Below are positions 26,131-40,878 of a stretch of 64,000 bases of DNA, piece after piece. Source of the stretch: the human T2T-CHM13v2.0 reference genome, Homo sapiens; the NCBI RefSeq assembly GCF_009914755.1, contig NC_060942.1; one strand, 5' to 3'. Numbering within the stretch: the first letter of the stretch is position 1; every line of letters starts with the position of its first letter. Position numbers and translations under genes: made by a program. Under the pieces are notes generated by a model. It was given only the letters and a program-made list of their open reading frames with translations. It searched no databases and was not told where the DNA came from.

Positions 26131-26899
26131 CTTAATGGATTAAAATTTGTAAACATGTTTTAATTAAGAGGAAATATTTTTCTCTATAAAGCTCAAATTT
26201 GATTTTAAAATGACCAAAGTTAGAATGGACTTCAATGAAACAGGCAGGTACACTTTTTCCAGTTGAGTTCAATTTGTCAATAGCAAGGCCGAAAACACGC
26301 ATATTGCTTTGAATCTCTTGCAACTTCAGTGCCCTAGGATTGATGTAAATACTTAATTATTTCTGAGTACAGCAGACAATTCTCTCAACACTAGGATAGA
26401 CTATTTCCTGAAACTTCGATAGAAAGAACAATCAAATGGTGAAGATATGTGAAAGGATATGTTGTTCAAATTAAAAGGTTTGCTAGTTCAGTAAAATTGA
26501 AAAAATGTAATATTTATGATCATTTATGATCTTTATGGAACCTTAATGACCTATCATTTGGAGTTTTCTAGCCATTAGTTTATATATTCATTCATTAGAA
26601 GTGTATGGAAAACTCATAAAATACAACCAATATAGTAGATTATAACTTTGCTGGAAAAATAGACATTTATAAATAATTATAATATAAGGGAACTGAAAGT
26701 AGAGCAATCGATATTTCAAAAATAAGTGATAATTTGAGCTAGTTCTTAAAATATTAGTAGAATTTTTTTCAGCAGAACAAAGGAACTAAAGAGATGCAAG
26801 AGAAGAGTGTTTTTAACAAGTATTTGTAGAACATCTGCTAAATACCATCCACATAATTAATATTAATAGGACCATTATCTCCTGCATTTTATAGACATA

Positions 26900-28200
26900 T
26901 TTTCTTTTGATCACATATCTCACAAATATTGTAAATGTGATTTTAAGAGAAGACTATAAAGTATGTGTGAACAGAGGAAGGCTCTCTCACTCCACTGTGG
27001 GTTTTCAGGAAGGACCATGAGAAATTAGTGTCCAGGGCAAGATCTGTGGGAATAGCAAGAACAAAGGCCAGGAGGTATAGAGAGTACCTTGTGCTCCATG
27101 TGCGAAGAACTCAATAGGATGTGAGAGTGGTAAATGATAGAAAATGAGGTTTAAGAGGCAAGCAAGAACACACCCACAGAGCCTTGCAAACTACCTTAAG
27201 AACACCAAGATGTCATGGATAGTTATTATCAAGGAAGTAATATGTTCAGATGAGCATTTTACATGACTGTGCCTGCTTTAGCACAGATTGGGAGAAGAGG
27301 CAATGTTAGAAGCTGGAACACCAATAAGGCTATTGCATTGATTCAAGATACTATAATCTCCTGAATTAGAACAGTGGTATGGAAAATGAAGTGCAGCAGG
27401 AAAGCACACAAAAAAAATGGAGTGGCACATGCTCTGGAGTGAGGAAGCTTTGTTTATTTCTTTGTCAAATCAGCTTGTTCTTTTTTCATATTGTTCTTTC
27501 TTTTTAAATTATAGTTTCTATTTCTTCTATCCTTTTATTATTTTGTATGATTTATTTTATAGCATCTTTTAGTTTTTTTATAATCTGCATTTTTTTGTGG
27601 TAACAATCTATCAAAAATAGATAATCTATCAAAAAATAGATTTAGAAATCTATCCAAAAATGTATTCAATACTTGTAACCTGTAATTATTAATAATATTG
27701 ATCTGTGAATGGTGTAAGTTGGAAATTTGTACTTGGATATGAGAGAGAAGCCTAAAGTGGGGAAATTATCCTCATAAAGCAGAATAAAAAATAGCTTTTA
27801 ATAATTCCATATTTTCAAAAGATAATTTTCAAGGGTGGTTAAGACACAGGTTGGTATTAGGATACAAGAGACAGGAAAAGAAGTGAGGAAATATTTCAAA
27901 ACTCTAGGAATCAGCAGTTGATGACCTAAACTGGGGCACGGACAATGAAAATGGAGACACGGAAACACATCAGAGACAGAAAGAACAGGACTTGGTGGCC
28001 ATAGGCATTTAGGATAAAGAAGGATGTAAATTTAAAGATAACTCACCTGAGTGACAGATGAGGAGGTGATATACTCAGCTGGAGAATATTGAAGGAGGAG
28101 AGACATGTTGTCGGGAGGGGTCAGGAATGAGTTCATTTGTGGATACTCTGCTTGAAGTGGCTCAAGGAAGCTCTGAAAGTGGTTGAAGCTAGAAGTAAGG
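26900..28200 (-). mobile_element. Degraded L2 fragments
   Basis: Purine-rich antisense L2 motifs (GGGAATAGCAAGAACAAAGGCCAGGAGG, GGCTATTGCA, AATGAGTTCATTTGTGGATA). Confidence 0.55.
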
Positions 28201-28208
28201 ATTTAGAG

Positions 28209-28424
28209 CAAGCTTGTCCAACCCACAGCCCGCGGGCCATATGCAGCCCAGGATGGCTTTGAATGTGGCCCAGCACAAATTTATAAACGTTCTTAAAACA
28301 CTGAAATTTTTTGTAATTTTGTTTTTTAGCTCATCAGCTATCATTAGTGTTAGTGTATTTTTTGTGTGGCCGAAGACAGTTCTTCTAATGTGGCCCAGGG
28401 AAGCCAAAGGACTGGACACCTCTG
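28209..28424. mobile_element. MER30 hAT-Charlie MITE
   Basis: CAAGCTTGTCCAACCC ... GGACACCTCTG termini; perfect 8-bp TSD ATTTAGAG at 28201-28208 and 28425-28432. Confidence 0.95.
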
Positions 28425-28774
28425 ATTTAGAGGTCATCAATTTGGTTTAGTTTTTGTGAATAAATAACATTTCAGGGGGGTGAGGGAAGAAACTATAATT
28501 GTAAATAGGTCAAGAATTGAATCGTGTGAATGAAAGAGAGTAAAAACAGAGTTTTAAATGAGTTCAGTTGGCTGGATTTGCACTGATAAAACATGAGGAA
28601 GTAACTAGGTAGAAACTGGTTTGCTTTTCAGAGCATTCATGTTTAAGCCAGTCCCAGAAAATTGTTCATGTTAACTCAAATTTATAAGTGATGGAAGACT
28701 ACTTAAAACCAACTGATTCACTAGCTGTGTGGTCTTGGATGAGTTATTGAACCCTCTAAACGCAGGCATATACA

Positions 28775-28932
28775 CTTCTGATTCAGGAGCTACATTTGTA
28801 TGTTTGTTACATGGATATATTGTGTGATGCTGAGGTTTGGGCTTCGATGGAACCCGTCATCCAGATAGTGTGACGGGTTTGCTCCCCTCCCTTCCTCCCC
28901 ACTTTTTGAGTTCCCAGTGTCTGTCATTCCCA
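28775..28932 (-). mobile_element. Short L1PA16/L1PB-like 3' UTR fragment inside a MIR
   Basis: GTTTGTTACATGGATATATTGTGTGATGCTGAGGTTTGGG ... CCCAGTGTCTGTCATTCCC. Confidence 0.8.
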
Positions 28933-30464
28933 AACTTAAGTTTATTTAAATTTTAAGTATTGAAAATAAAATTTTGTCTATAATTTTATCAAGCACTAGA
29001 TGCAGTTTTTTAAATCATCACACATGGGAGGCACACAATAAATAATATTTATTCATAATGGTTCCAATGATAAAATGACTGCCAAGCAGACCAAGATATA
29101 TCTGCTGTTTTTGCTATGCATCTGGTTTACAAAATAAGTCAATATACTATTCAAAGAATTTCATGGGATACTAGTATGTTTTCAGAGTCTGCTGGTGAGC
29201 ACTGAGTGACAGAAAGGTTAGCTGGGGGAATTAGGCAGTGATTCTGTATCATAATTGTAGCTCTGAACCTTCTTCGAAACTTTGATTTTTTATGTGTATA
29301 CATTCCTGAGCCCTACTGACTTCATGCTAGACACTGAAATTACCAGAAAACAACAGCAAAATGAAAAGGTATAGTTTCTACTAACATGGACTTTAAGTAG
29401 GCTTGGAGATACACGCACCCACGCATGCATGCACACACGCACACACACAATATAGCTACTCAAAATTTTCCTGGAGCTCGAAATTTCCCTGGGTTTCAAA
29501 ACTATAGATTTTAAAAAATTTCTAGGTTTTGTGTATATTACAAACCTTGTAGTGTTAGAGAATGACAGATTAAGGAGGGAAAACTTTTATCAAGTAAATA
29601 TCCCTGAAGGATTTTCCTGTAATTAAAATTTTTTAACATTTGTGATAAATTACATAAATCACTACACTTTACATTGCCAGCAGAAATCAGGTTAGACTTT
29701 TACATCTTTCAACTTCTGGGTCTGTCACTCATTTCTTTTAATGTCTACATTTTTAATGTTGCTTTAGGCCTGCTGTCTCTACTTTACTAATTGACATACT
29801 TTCTTTTTCTTTTTATTCTACCCATTTGGGAAACTCATTTATTTTTCTTCAATCATCTTTAAAAAATTGACCATGGTTCATCACAGTTTATTACCCAGTG
29901 ACTCCAAAATCAAGATGACATATTTGATATAAATGTGATCATGTTCAGCCACCATTGCACAACATTGATAGAGGATCAAAGCGTACCCAACATTATGATA
30001 TTTCCTTGTACTCTTTACTGACTTCATTAGCAAACTGAGCTTTGTAATTTGGCTTCCTCTCCCTCTTTAATCCCTCCAACACGGTTACTCTCATAAAACA
30101 AGTCAAATTCACTTTCTGTGAACTCCAAGGGATTGTTCAAAATCAAGACCTTATTGATGGATTGATGTTTGAAGTAAGTAAATAACAGGATTAAAAATAT
30201 TTTTGCCATATAGTGATATTATTTTATATTTATATTTTTGTAGTAAGACTAAAGTAGGTCACACGCTGAATTTTGATGGCTCTTTAGAGAGCCGTACAAT
30301 TTCATTGCTTCCTATAATCAGGACCAATAGTACCCATAAACACATGCTTATGTTAATTGAGGGAACTTAACGATTTTTAAAAACTCTATGATACAGCATT
30401 TACTAAATATTTGAAATTCTATGTTGTATGCTAAGAAGTTATTTCTAAAGAAAGGCCCGGTGTG

Positions 30465-30650
30465 GGGGCCTGTTGTGCGGTGGGGAGAGGGAGGAGGGAT
30501 AGCATTAGGAGATATACCTAATGTTAAATGAAGAGTTAATGGGTGCAGCACACCAACATGACACATGTATACATATGTAACAAACCTGCACGTTGTGCAC
30601 ATGTACCCTAAAACTTAAAGTATAATAAAAATATAAAATAAAAATAAAAT
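30465..30650 (+). mobile_element. L1PA (PA4-PA6-like) terminal 3' UTR with A-rich tail
   Basis: GGGGCCTGTTGTG...GGATAGCATTAGGAGATATACCTAATG...GTACCCTAAAACTTAAAGTATAATAAAA. Confidence 0.95.
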
Positions 30651-30838
30651 GCATAGGACATTGTGCACTAAGACACAATGATAGCACTGATTCTGAGATC
30701 TGGCAAAACTTTGTCATGACCTATTACTGGATGAAACAGCAACGATGATCTATCTTTATATGAAAAGTTCAGTGCTACCTTTCTGTACCACAATAATGGA
30801 TATTGGGGTCCTTGTCTGACAGTTTATTTCAGAACTGA

Positions 30839-32464
<1,626 letters not shown>

Positions 32465-34022
32465 GTGAATTAAGACTCCAGTAAAAATTTGGAGCCAATT
32501 TGAGTAGACAGCTCTCAATTCCATTTTTAAAATATCAAGGGATATAGATTTTTTTAAAAATTTTTATCTAAAGATCTTTAAGTATTTTTATTTCTTTATA
32601 TCTTATTTTCCATAATAAGCATGCCTACATGATTTATGTGGGAAAAAAAAGGCCCGGTGTGAAAAATGTTTTCTAGGAGAATGATATTAAATTGATATAT
32701 AAATATATATTATGTATACCTTACCAAGTGAGCACATATTTCCTTAATGATAAATGATACTTCTAAAGCAGAAAGCAAGACTGTGAAGCAAAGACCTGCA
32801 AATGGATGCAATTTAGTGAACAAAAGAGGGATGCGACTGCCTGAACATGCACAGGAGTCTGAAGTGGTCAGGTCTGGGGCACACTGAGCATGTGTCCTGG
32901 GAAATAGTGAAGCAGGATGAAGGTGGAGGGCATTTTTGAGTGGGAAGGTGTTGTGGAGGCCAGGTTAAAGGGAAAGTATGGAAATGCACAGGGAAAAATA
33001 CCTTGAATTCTTAACCGTTTGGCCCAGGGTGAACACTTGGTGCAAAGAGAATTCTAACACTTCCAGGAATGTTTTAAACAATGCTGTTTTTGCTTTGGAG
33101 CAGTTACTTATATTATCTGGCATACCTTGTTCAATATTGAAAGCTATTTCTGATTATCTCTAGTTTTTTTTTTTTTTATCCAAACTCTCAGAGCATCATC
33201 AAGTGTATTATAGTCTTAGCCTTTGTAAGAATTGGTAAGTTCACAAAACATTTTATTTAGTGCTTACCTTGCACAAGGCTTGAGAGATTTTAAAAAGGTG
33301 CATAAGGAAAATTCCTAACCTCAAAACATGCATATTACAATCACTAGACTTTAATGGATAGAGACAGCCTTGTAAATAAATAATTCTCTTGATATGATAT
33401 GATAAGTACAGTTAGAGACAGGCATATTCAGAGGCTACAGAGCATAGAGAGAATAAATAGCTAGTTTCATCAATAGTAAATTTCACTCTGCTCTTTTTAA
33501 GGAACTTACCTAAGGAGACTTGGAAAGAAGACAAAAACTGTCTTTTAATCTGTTATGATTGTAATTTAATTCAGAAAAATGCTCATTCCAAAAAGGGAAA
33601 TTCTGAAATAGTTTACCAACATTATAGTTCAGAAAAAGACATTTAATGATGTTGAATCTAAAGACTAACTTTTCAAATTGTCCATTATTTGTTAATAAAA
33701 AACATGAAATGATATAAATTCCAAAGGAAAAGATAAGGCATTTTTATTAATTCATCCATGAGGGAGCCTGAGAGAAACTTTGTGATTGTGGCTTTTTTAA
33801 TCTCAATTTTTTTTAAAGAATCATGGATTAGGGCTATAGTTGGGTTTATTGCCATGTACGTCAATCGATCGTAATTGATTTAGTAGTGTTTGAGGGACTG
33901 TGGGTACTATTTTCTAGTTTAAAAAGTCTCTATAACTTTCTGTCACAGGATCTGAAATCACCAGAGATTTCTTAAATGTTTAGGTCATTCCAGAAGTCCC
34001 TACTTAAAATTTGCTTAGAATG

Positions 34023-34536
34023 TCTACTAGTTTCCTATTACTGCTGTTTTAAAAAAATTACCACAAATGTAGTGGCTGAAAACAATGTAAATATATTATT
34101 TCACAATCCTGGAGGCCAGAAGTTGGAAATCAGTTTCAATTTGCAGAAATCAGCGCGTTGGCAAGGCTGCAGTCTTCTAGGTGCTCTAGGGGAAAATCCA
34201 TTTTTTGCTTTTTTCAGTTTCCAGAGGCTGCCTAAATTCCTTGATTAATGGCCTATTATGCCATCTTCCAAGCCAACAGCCTAGCATCATCTTTCCTCTC
34301 TGATCCCTGCTTCTGTTTCTACTTCTTCACTCTCTGATCTTACCCTTTTGCATCTCTCTTTTGAGGATCCTTGTGTTTACATTGAGGCCACCCAGATAAT
34401 CCAGGATATTCTACTCATCTCAAGATCCTTAACTTCACAGCTACAAAGTTCCTTTCACCAGGTAAGGTAATATATGTGCAGATTCCAGGGATTAAGATGA
34501 GGATATCTTTTGAGGGTCATTATTCAGGCTATCATA
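34023..34536 (-). mobile_element. MaLR solo LTR (MLT1D-like)
   Basis: AAATTACCACAAA..GTGGCT, GGAGGCCAGAAGT, CCACCCAGATAATCCAGGATA, GGTAAGGTAA..ATTCCAGGGATTAAGA. Confidence 0.88.
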
Positions 34537-35759
34537 AAGGTAATACTTTAAATGTTGCTGTGATCCATAAATATTATCTCAGAGAAGACTGTAAGGACAA
34601 GGTTCTTGAAGAAACAGACTAAGTACTAGAAGTCAAGGCTAGATTGACAAAACAGGCTAGAAAGGACATGCTTGATTTTTTTTTTCTTAAAAGGAAAACT
34701 ACCACAAAAGGGTAAAAGGAAGATTCCTCCTCCTCCAAACTATACTGTGTAATTTTTTAAAGTACAAATTTCTAAGCAATGAGAAGGTCATAATTTTATC
34801 CACTTTTCTTTAGCTGATGCTATTGCCATGCACCTTATATATTTAATGACCTTGCAAATGTGAATTCCAAAAATAGGGTTAAAACTATGGCAGAGAAAAG
34901 TAATAATAATTTTTGTGTTTTTTTCTTTCTGCATTGCTTGTTCTTCAGAAAGGTATTTGGTTATTTCAATAAATGACTTTAGAATTTAAAGCTTAATTTT
35001 TTTAAGTTATTCTGAAAAGGACACTGGAAATAAACTATCCCACACACACATTTTTACTGAGAAAGTACAGTGTGTCATAAGTAATTTATATTTGTGGTCT
35101 AAGATCATACTTGGTGGCAAACCCAAACCTGGTACACAGGTTTCCTGTCTTCCAAATGAGTTCTCTTTCCACTGGATCCATTAGCTCAATGATTTGCACT
35201 TGAGTTAAATCTCAGTGCAATATACAAACTACCCATGGGCATCTTCCTTTCATAAACCCATTAATATGAGAGCCAGGAAACATTTTCTCAGTACATTCAA
35301 TAAACTCCACTGATGTACTTGGCTCTGTGGGGACCCATAAAGGAATATCATGCTTGTCTTCCAGAAGTGCTTCTCTCCATTGCTAAGAACTTGAAAATAC
35401 CTGAGATAGACTGCTAGGAATTCTTCCCAAAAAAATCCATAGATCATTTCCCATAGTAAACAAGCAATCCTATCTAACCTTTTTCCCTTGCTATTTTGAA
35501 GCCAAGATTTACCCTGAAGCAAAAAGTTGTTTGAGCAGGGGGTTATGGCATGGTCATGAATAAAGAGACATTGCTTATAAACTCTGCTAACTTGAATGAT
35601 TCACTTTCCAAAAATGAGCAGCATAAGGAGAGTACTTATTTATTTATGCTTTATAATATCCAAGCAAACAAAAATAATTTTTGTACTGTTTTTGAATTGC
35701 GCAGGCATTCCATACACTTTTGAGAGCTAATACCCTGAACAATCTCAATTTTTTTCTGT

Positions 35760-36225
35760 ATACCCTCCACCCCTAAACCCTACTTTGTCCATCTCTGCTG
35801 TGCAGTATCCCCCAGGAGACTGACACAGGCTCTTGGGACAGCTGGCTTCTGGTGGAGGGACAGCTGGCTTCCAGTGGATTGCCCAATCGGAGGCACCAAC
35901 AGGAGAAAATAGATAGGACAGTGAAAAGCAAGGGTTCAAAAGCAAGGATTCTTGGGGGCTTTTCTCCATTCTGTATTGGTCTGTACCCTCCTTGAGTACA
36001 GCTATGTTAGGCGACAGCTCTTCCATGGCTCCTACTGTTTGTGATCTCACGATGGGAATCACTGTTTCTCCCTTTGCCCCTTCAGGCCTATCAGTGGTCA
36101 TGACTTTCTCTGTTTCAAATCTCTGGGTGTATCCCTTAATCCAGCCCACTCATCTGTAACCAGTCTGTTTATTAAGCTTTGCCTTAATTAATATGAACCA
36201 CTTGAATTGAATTTTGCTTTGTAAT
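35760..36225 (+). mobile_element. LTR33-like ERVL solo LTR with internal 22-bp duplication (35835-35878)
   Basis: CTGGCTTCCAGTGGATTGCCCAATCGGAGGCACCAACAGGAGA, CCCTTTGCCCCTTCAGGCCTA, CCCTTAATCCAGCCCAC; GGGACAGCTGGCTTC present twice. Confidence 0.7.
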
Positions 36226-38065
36226 AGGCTTAAGTCGTTGACATGCGTCTTTCCTGCTATGTAAGAGGAAACTCAACAGCGATTTGAACGTCTTTGGAGC
36301 CCCTGTGCTCTGTTTTCTGCCTATTCTACTCCTCCCTCTGGTTGGCTCACCCTATACTAATGGTGAGGCAGGGAAAGGTGCTCAGAAGCAGCATGCTTAA
36401 ATCCCTCTGAAATGAATTGACACATTTCCTTTTCCCAGTCCAGTATCCCATGTTTCTGTGGGTCTTAAGCCCTGGTAAGTAGAATAGCCCAGAAAATGTG
36501 GATAAAAAACCACACAATTTATTACTTTGGCTGTCCTGGCCTTGTTTTAACCATTTTATATATAAGTCCTATTGTTTTACTTCATGGCCTCATTCTTTTT
36601 CATGGAGCAAATCCAACCCAAACGCCTCTGTAGACCTTCTCCCAAGGTAGAGTTAACTGAGTATGGTTGGCCTGCCTAGCAATACTATTTATTTGATTTG
36701 CAGGTCTCTTTCTTAATGACAATGTAATTACTCAAATGTCAAAAGTTCTCTGCCAAGGCAACCAAGTGTATAATATGTACTGTATAGTTTTGACCAGGAC
36801 CTTGAATTCAAGTGGGTCATTTTATTTCTGTATTCTTGGTAATAATGCTTGTGCTAATAGGAATTTGCACCATTCTAAGACTTTGTCTTTTGAAATTTTT
36901 CTTTCCTGTTTTGTGTCTCTCTTTCTACAGTGTCTGTCTCTCTCTTCAAGTTCTGGTTAATCTATACTTTCTTCTAGATTTACCACCTTAATTTTCTGTT
37001 GCTTTCTCCTCTTCTGATATATTAGATCTCTCTCTAGATGAGCTTTCACATTCAATATGTTTGCCTCCTGATAACTTCAAAAATATATTCGGTATATTTA
37101 TTTAGGGAAAATAAAAATGTAACCCGTATGTAACAATAGAAAATGAAATACAGGGACAGGATTTTTTGGCAATATAATTGTGGCACTTTATGCAAGTAAA
37201 AATTAGATAATGTTGTATGGATAATGGATGATGTAATATATGCCTATGTAGTTATTTAATGCATCTTAACTTGAGATTTTAGACGCATTAAAATACACAC
37301 ATTTTACTTTGTTCAATGGTCATCAGATTTTTGAAATTTCTCTCTTTGTAGTTGTTAGAGCCAACAGAATAAAGGGATCTTGGAAAGGTGTATATTATTC
37401 TTCTAGCATTTATTAACCATCTATACTGGTCCAAGAATTAGAATAGATTTTGGTATTACGAAATTTAATAACGCAAAGTTCCATCCTCCAGCTACCCTCT
37501 GAGGAGTCAGAGATTTTTAATGGATCACGAGATGGAGTTTATAGCATCTTGGTAGACGTTGTTAGGGTAACAGAGGGAAAGAGTTAATAACTCTGAGGAG
37601 GGTGACCAGGCACATTTTCTACTAATAGTGAGGGTGTTGAAGGATGAATTGCAATGCATCAGGCAGGGACTAAGGAAAAGTATTATATAGAGGAGAGCTC
37701 CATGTGTGACAAGACATACAGACAGGAAAGAGGCTTGTCACAGGGCTTGGTGGTGGGTGGGTGCAGAGGGAGCAGCTGTGTCCCTTATTCAGCATCCCAC
37801 CCTCTCTTGTTATCTTGGCTCTATCCTTTCCCTCTGTTACTAGTTCAGGAGGCTCGGAGTCTCACTCTAGCTATTGCCCTACATTGCCCTCTTCATATCA
37901 CAGCACAGACCTCAAGATAATGTTTGGAATTTACCTCTTAACCATCCACTCATCAGCAATGGAAACTAGATTCAAACAACCAGTAAAATTATTCTGTAAA
38001 TAATGGCCAATAAAGGTTGTGCTTACAGACGCAGTGGAATCTTTTTAGTTCTCATGTAATTTAGC

Positions 38066-38267
38066 TAGGGATACCAGATAAATACAAAATAATTTGCATC
38101 TTAAATGGTAAATTTAAATTTAATTAGTAAAATCTAAATTTCCAATAAAATAGCTACTTTTTAGTGTAAGCAGTTTTTGTGATATACTAAAAAATATTTG
38201 CTGTTTATCTGAAATTCTAATTTAGTTAGGAGTCCTGTATTTTTCCACATTAAATCAGGCAACCCTA
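38066..38267. mobile_element. MER53 palindromic hAT MITE
   Basis: TAGGGATACCAGAT / ATCAGGCAACCCTA TIRs; ATACTAAAAAATATTTGCTGTTTATCTGAAATTC. Confidence 0.8.
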
Positions 38268-38399
38268 AATTTCCCCCTTCGGATGAGACTCTGTGAACCT
38301 CTCACATTCTCTCTCCCTTAGCCTGTAAGTTGCATTAAAAAACAACAACAACAAAAAAAAACGGTTCTCCTGGTCTCACTTTTCTTCTTCCTCTAGTAG

Positions 38400-38915
38400 C
38401 CCATCTCTAGTTATTCTTGTTCTCTAGGGCTCTGCTCTTTGTTCATTTCTTTATGCCAACATGCTTTTCCTGGACAATTTAATTCCCTTTCTTGGTTTTT
38501 ACTGCTATTCACCTATGACTTCCAAATCTCTCCCACCATCCAATATCTTGCCTTTGACTTCCAGACCTGTCTATCCAGTGCCTACTGGATGTTTTCCTCT
38601 GGTTGTCCTATGGGCATCTAAAGCACCAAATAGCTGAAATGAACAAACAATCTTTGTCTCCAAATTGCCTCTCCCTTGAATTCCTTATATTAGCAAATAA
38701 CACTACCACCAACCAAATTACCGAAGTAGAAACCTGGGTAACGTCTCAGTGTCATTCTTTCCCCTCACTTCCATTGACCATTGCCTCAATCAGCCAACAA
38801 TGATTCTTTATAATCCTCCTTTACAAAATGCTATAAATTCCCTAGAACCTACTTAGTTGACTTACTTATCTCAACCAGATTAGCCTCTAATGCAATTTCC
38901 TTATTTGCCCCGCCC

Positions 38916-38961
<46 letters not shown>

Positions 38962-39246
38962 GTGACTCTCTGTGTCTCTCTCTCTCTTTCTCATCAGTCC
39001 TCTCCAACATTCTAAAGCTTCTAATTTGAATATATTTCTTAATTGCTTATGTTTTCATAAAGTATATTTTTCAGGATAGGCTGAAAAGTTTAAATTAGAT
39101 GAATTATATTCTCCACAATCAGATCCCTGCCAGCCTTCCTAGCCTTATCTCTGAGGATTAAAGAAGACATATGACTGGTTTCATTGTTTCTTGCCTTGTG
39201 TGTAGCAGGTATTCAATAAGTATTTGTTGTACGAATGAGAGAATGA
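38400..39246 (+). mobile_element. L2 fragments with embedded (TC)n microsatellite (~38920-38992)
   Basis: GACTTCCAAATCT, CTTCCAGACCTGTCTATCCAGTGCCTACTGGA; L2 tail TCAATAAGTATTTGTTG..GAATGA. Confidence 0.65.
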
Positions 39247-40825
39247 TAGAGATCATTTTTACAGAGTGAAAGCTGTTTGCAATGTTGTCAGAGAAGAGAA
39301 CATTCAAAGTACAATGATAAGAGTTCTTACATTTGGAAGACTTGATTTGACACATAATATTTAAAAAATTACTTAATAAAGAATTATGATTTTATGGGAT
39401 TTCTGTATGAATGTCATACATAGAAATATTTAGATACATATAAATCTTAAATGCTCCTAGGAAGATATATATTTACATACCTACTTAAATACACTGAATC
39501 TGTTTTACTATTAGGAATAGCCAATAAATATTGACATTCTGATTGTTTAAATCTTCTGAATAATTAATCACTATTTTTCTAACATTTAGAATATATTAAA
39601 ATACAATCCACACTGTAATTATAGGTGGCATAATTAAACCTTTGTCACATGTAAAGATAGTTCAGAAGACTGTAACATTTAATTTATCTGTTATAATCAT
39701 TTTGATTTATGAGAAAGTGGAGAAGCCTATTTTCAGATGATATGTATTTTTCAGTTTTCCAAAACTCAAAATTATCACATAATATATAAAATGATTTCTA
39801 AGTATGTATATATATCAACATTACTCTCCAGTGATTTTAAGTAATGGAGATTTTTCTAAGTGTAAACCTAAAGACATATTGTTTAGAATATGGTATAAAT
39901 AAATGTGTCTTTTAAAGTTTAAAGACTACTCAAAGCATTGTTATCTACTAAATAAGTGTGGGAAATTTAATTTAACCTTCCAGATAATGTGTGTGAATGA
40001 AAAGAAATTATAAATATAGCATGGGGTGGGGAGGTACTTGCCATTCATAAAATAATTCCCTTTGGTATGCCATAGACTAAGCATTGGGAGAATTCATGAT
40101 GAATAACACAATTCCATTTGAAGCCTCTGTAGAATTATTTCTATGTAGTTAGTAACAAGTGGAGCTTGGGGTATTATTAGGCAAAATTACAACAGCAGCA
40201 CACCGCTGTGCAGAGAAAGATCAGGGCATTTCGTCTAAGCAGCATCTTCATAACTCTGGCTCCTAAAACTAATGTTGTGAAGCTTCAGTTCTTTTGAATT
40301 GAAACTCTGGGGAATAAGAGAGGGTCATAATTATTAGCTAGGAATTGATGCTAAATTTGTTTATTCACTGATTTTTCCACCACTTTCTATAGTATGTAAA
40401 TGAGATTTTTACTTAGAAAAAACATTCTGACTCTGAGACAGATGACAGCTGTTCAACCCCAGGGGCAGAAAAAAAACACAGCTTTTTCCTTGGCCTTTTC
40501 TTTTTCGTTAGTGCAGCTTCTAGAGCCTCATTGAATTTTCCCAGAATTCCCTGTGCAGGAGCTTTCAAATTCTGATTGATTAGTCATCATATCAGAGCTT
40601 ACCACTTTGTAGCTCCCCTGCTACCAATTGAACATTATGAACAGGGCCCAGAAAATTAGCTTGCTCAGCACCATTGGGATTGTGGCCTGTTTAGCAATGG
40701 ATGTATAATTCCCTATGACTCTAGTTAGTAGAATTGGCATCAGAGTGGTATGAATAGAATGTCTTCAGAAAGGAGTCTGAACATCTTTTGCAAGTTGACA
40801 ATATCGCCTTGAGATACAGGGAGAG

Positions 40826-40878
40826 GTGTGCGTGTGTGTGTGCGCGCACACACACACACACACGCACGCACACACACA
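40826..40878. repeat. Alternating purine-pyrimidine tract (GT)n-(GC)n-(CA)n containing a 26-bp perfect palindrome
   Basis: GTGTGTGTGTGCG|CGCACACACACAC at 40832-40857. Confidence 0.92.

Noticed and set aside
33160-33240. Plus-strand exon-like signals (33192-33234; also 44061-44100)
   Set aside because: Lengths not multiples of 3, low-complexity acceptors, no other support; likely pseudo-exons
38066-38267. MER53 as a miR-1302-like precursor
   Set aside because: Left arm and centre too degraded to form the long hairpin
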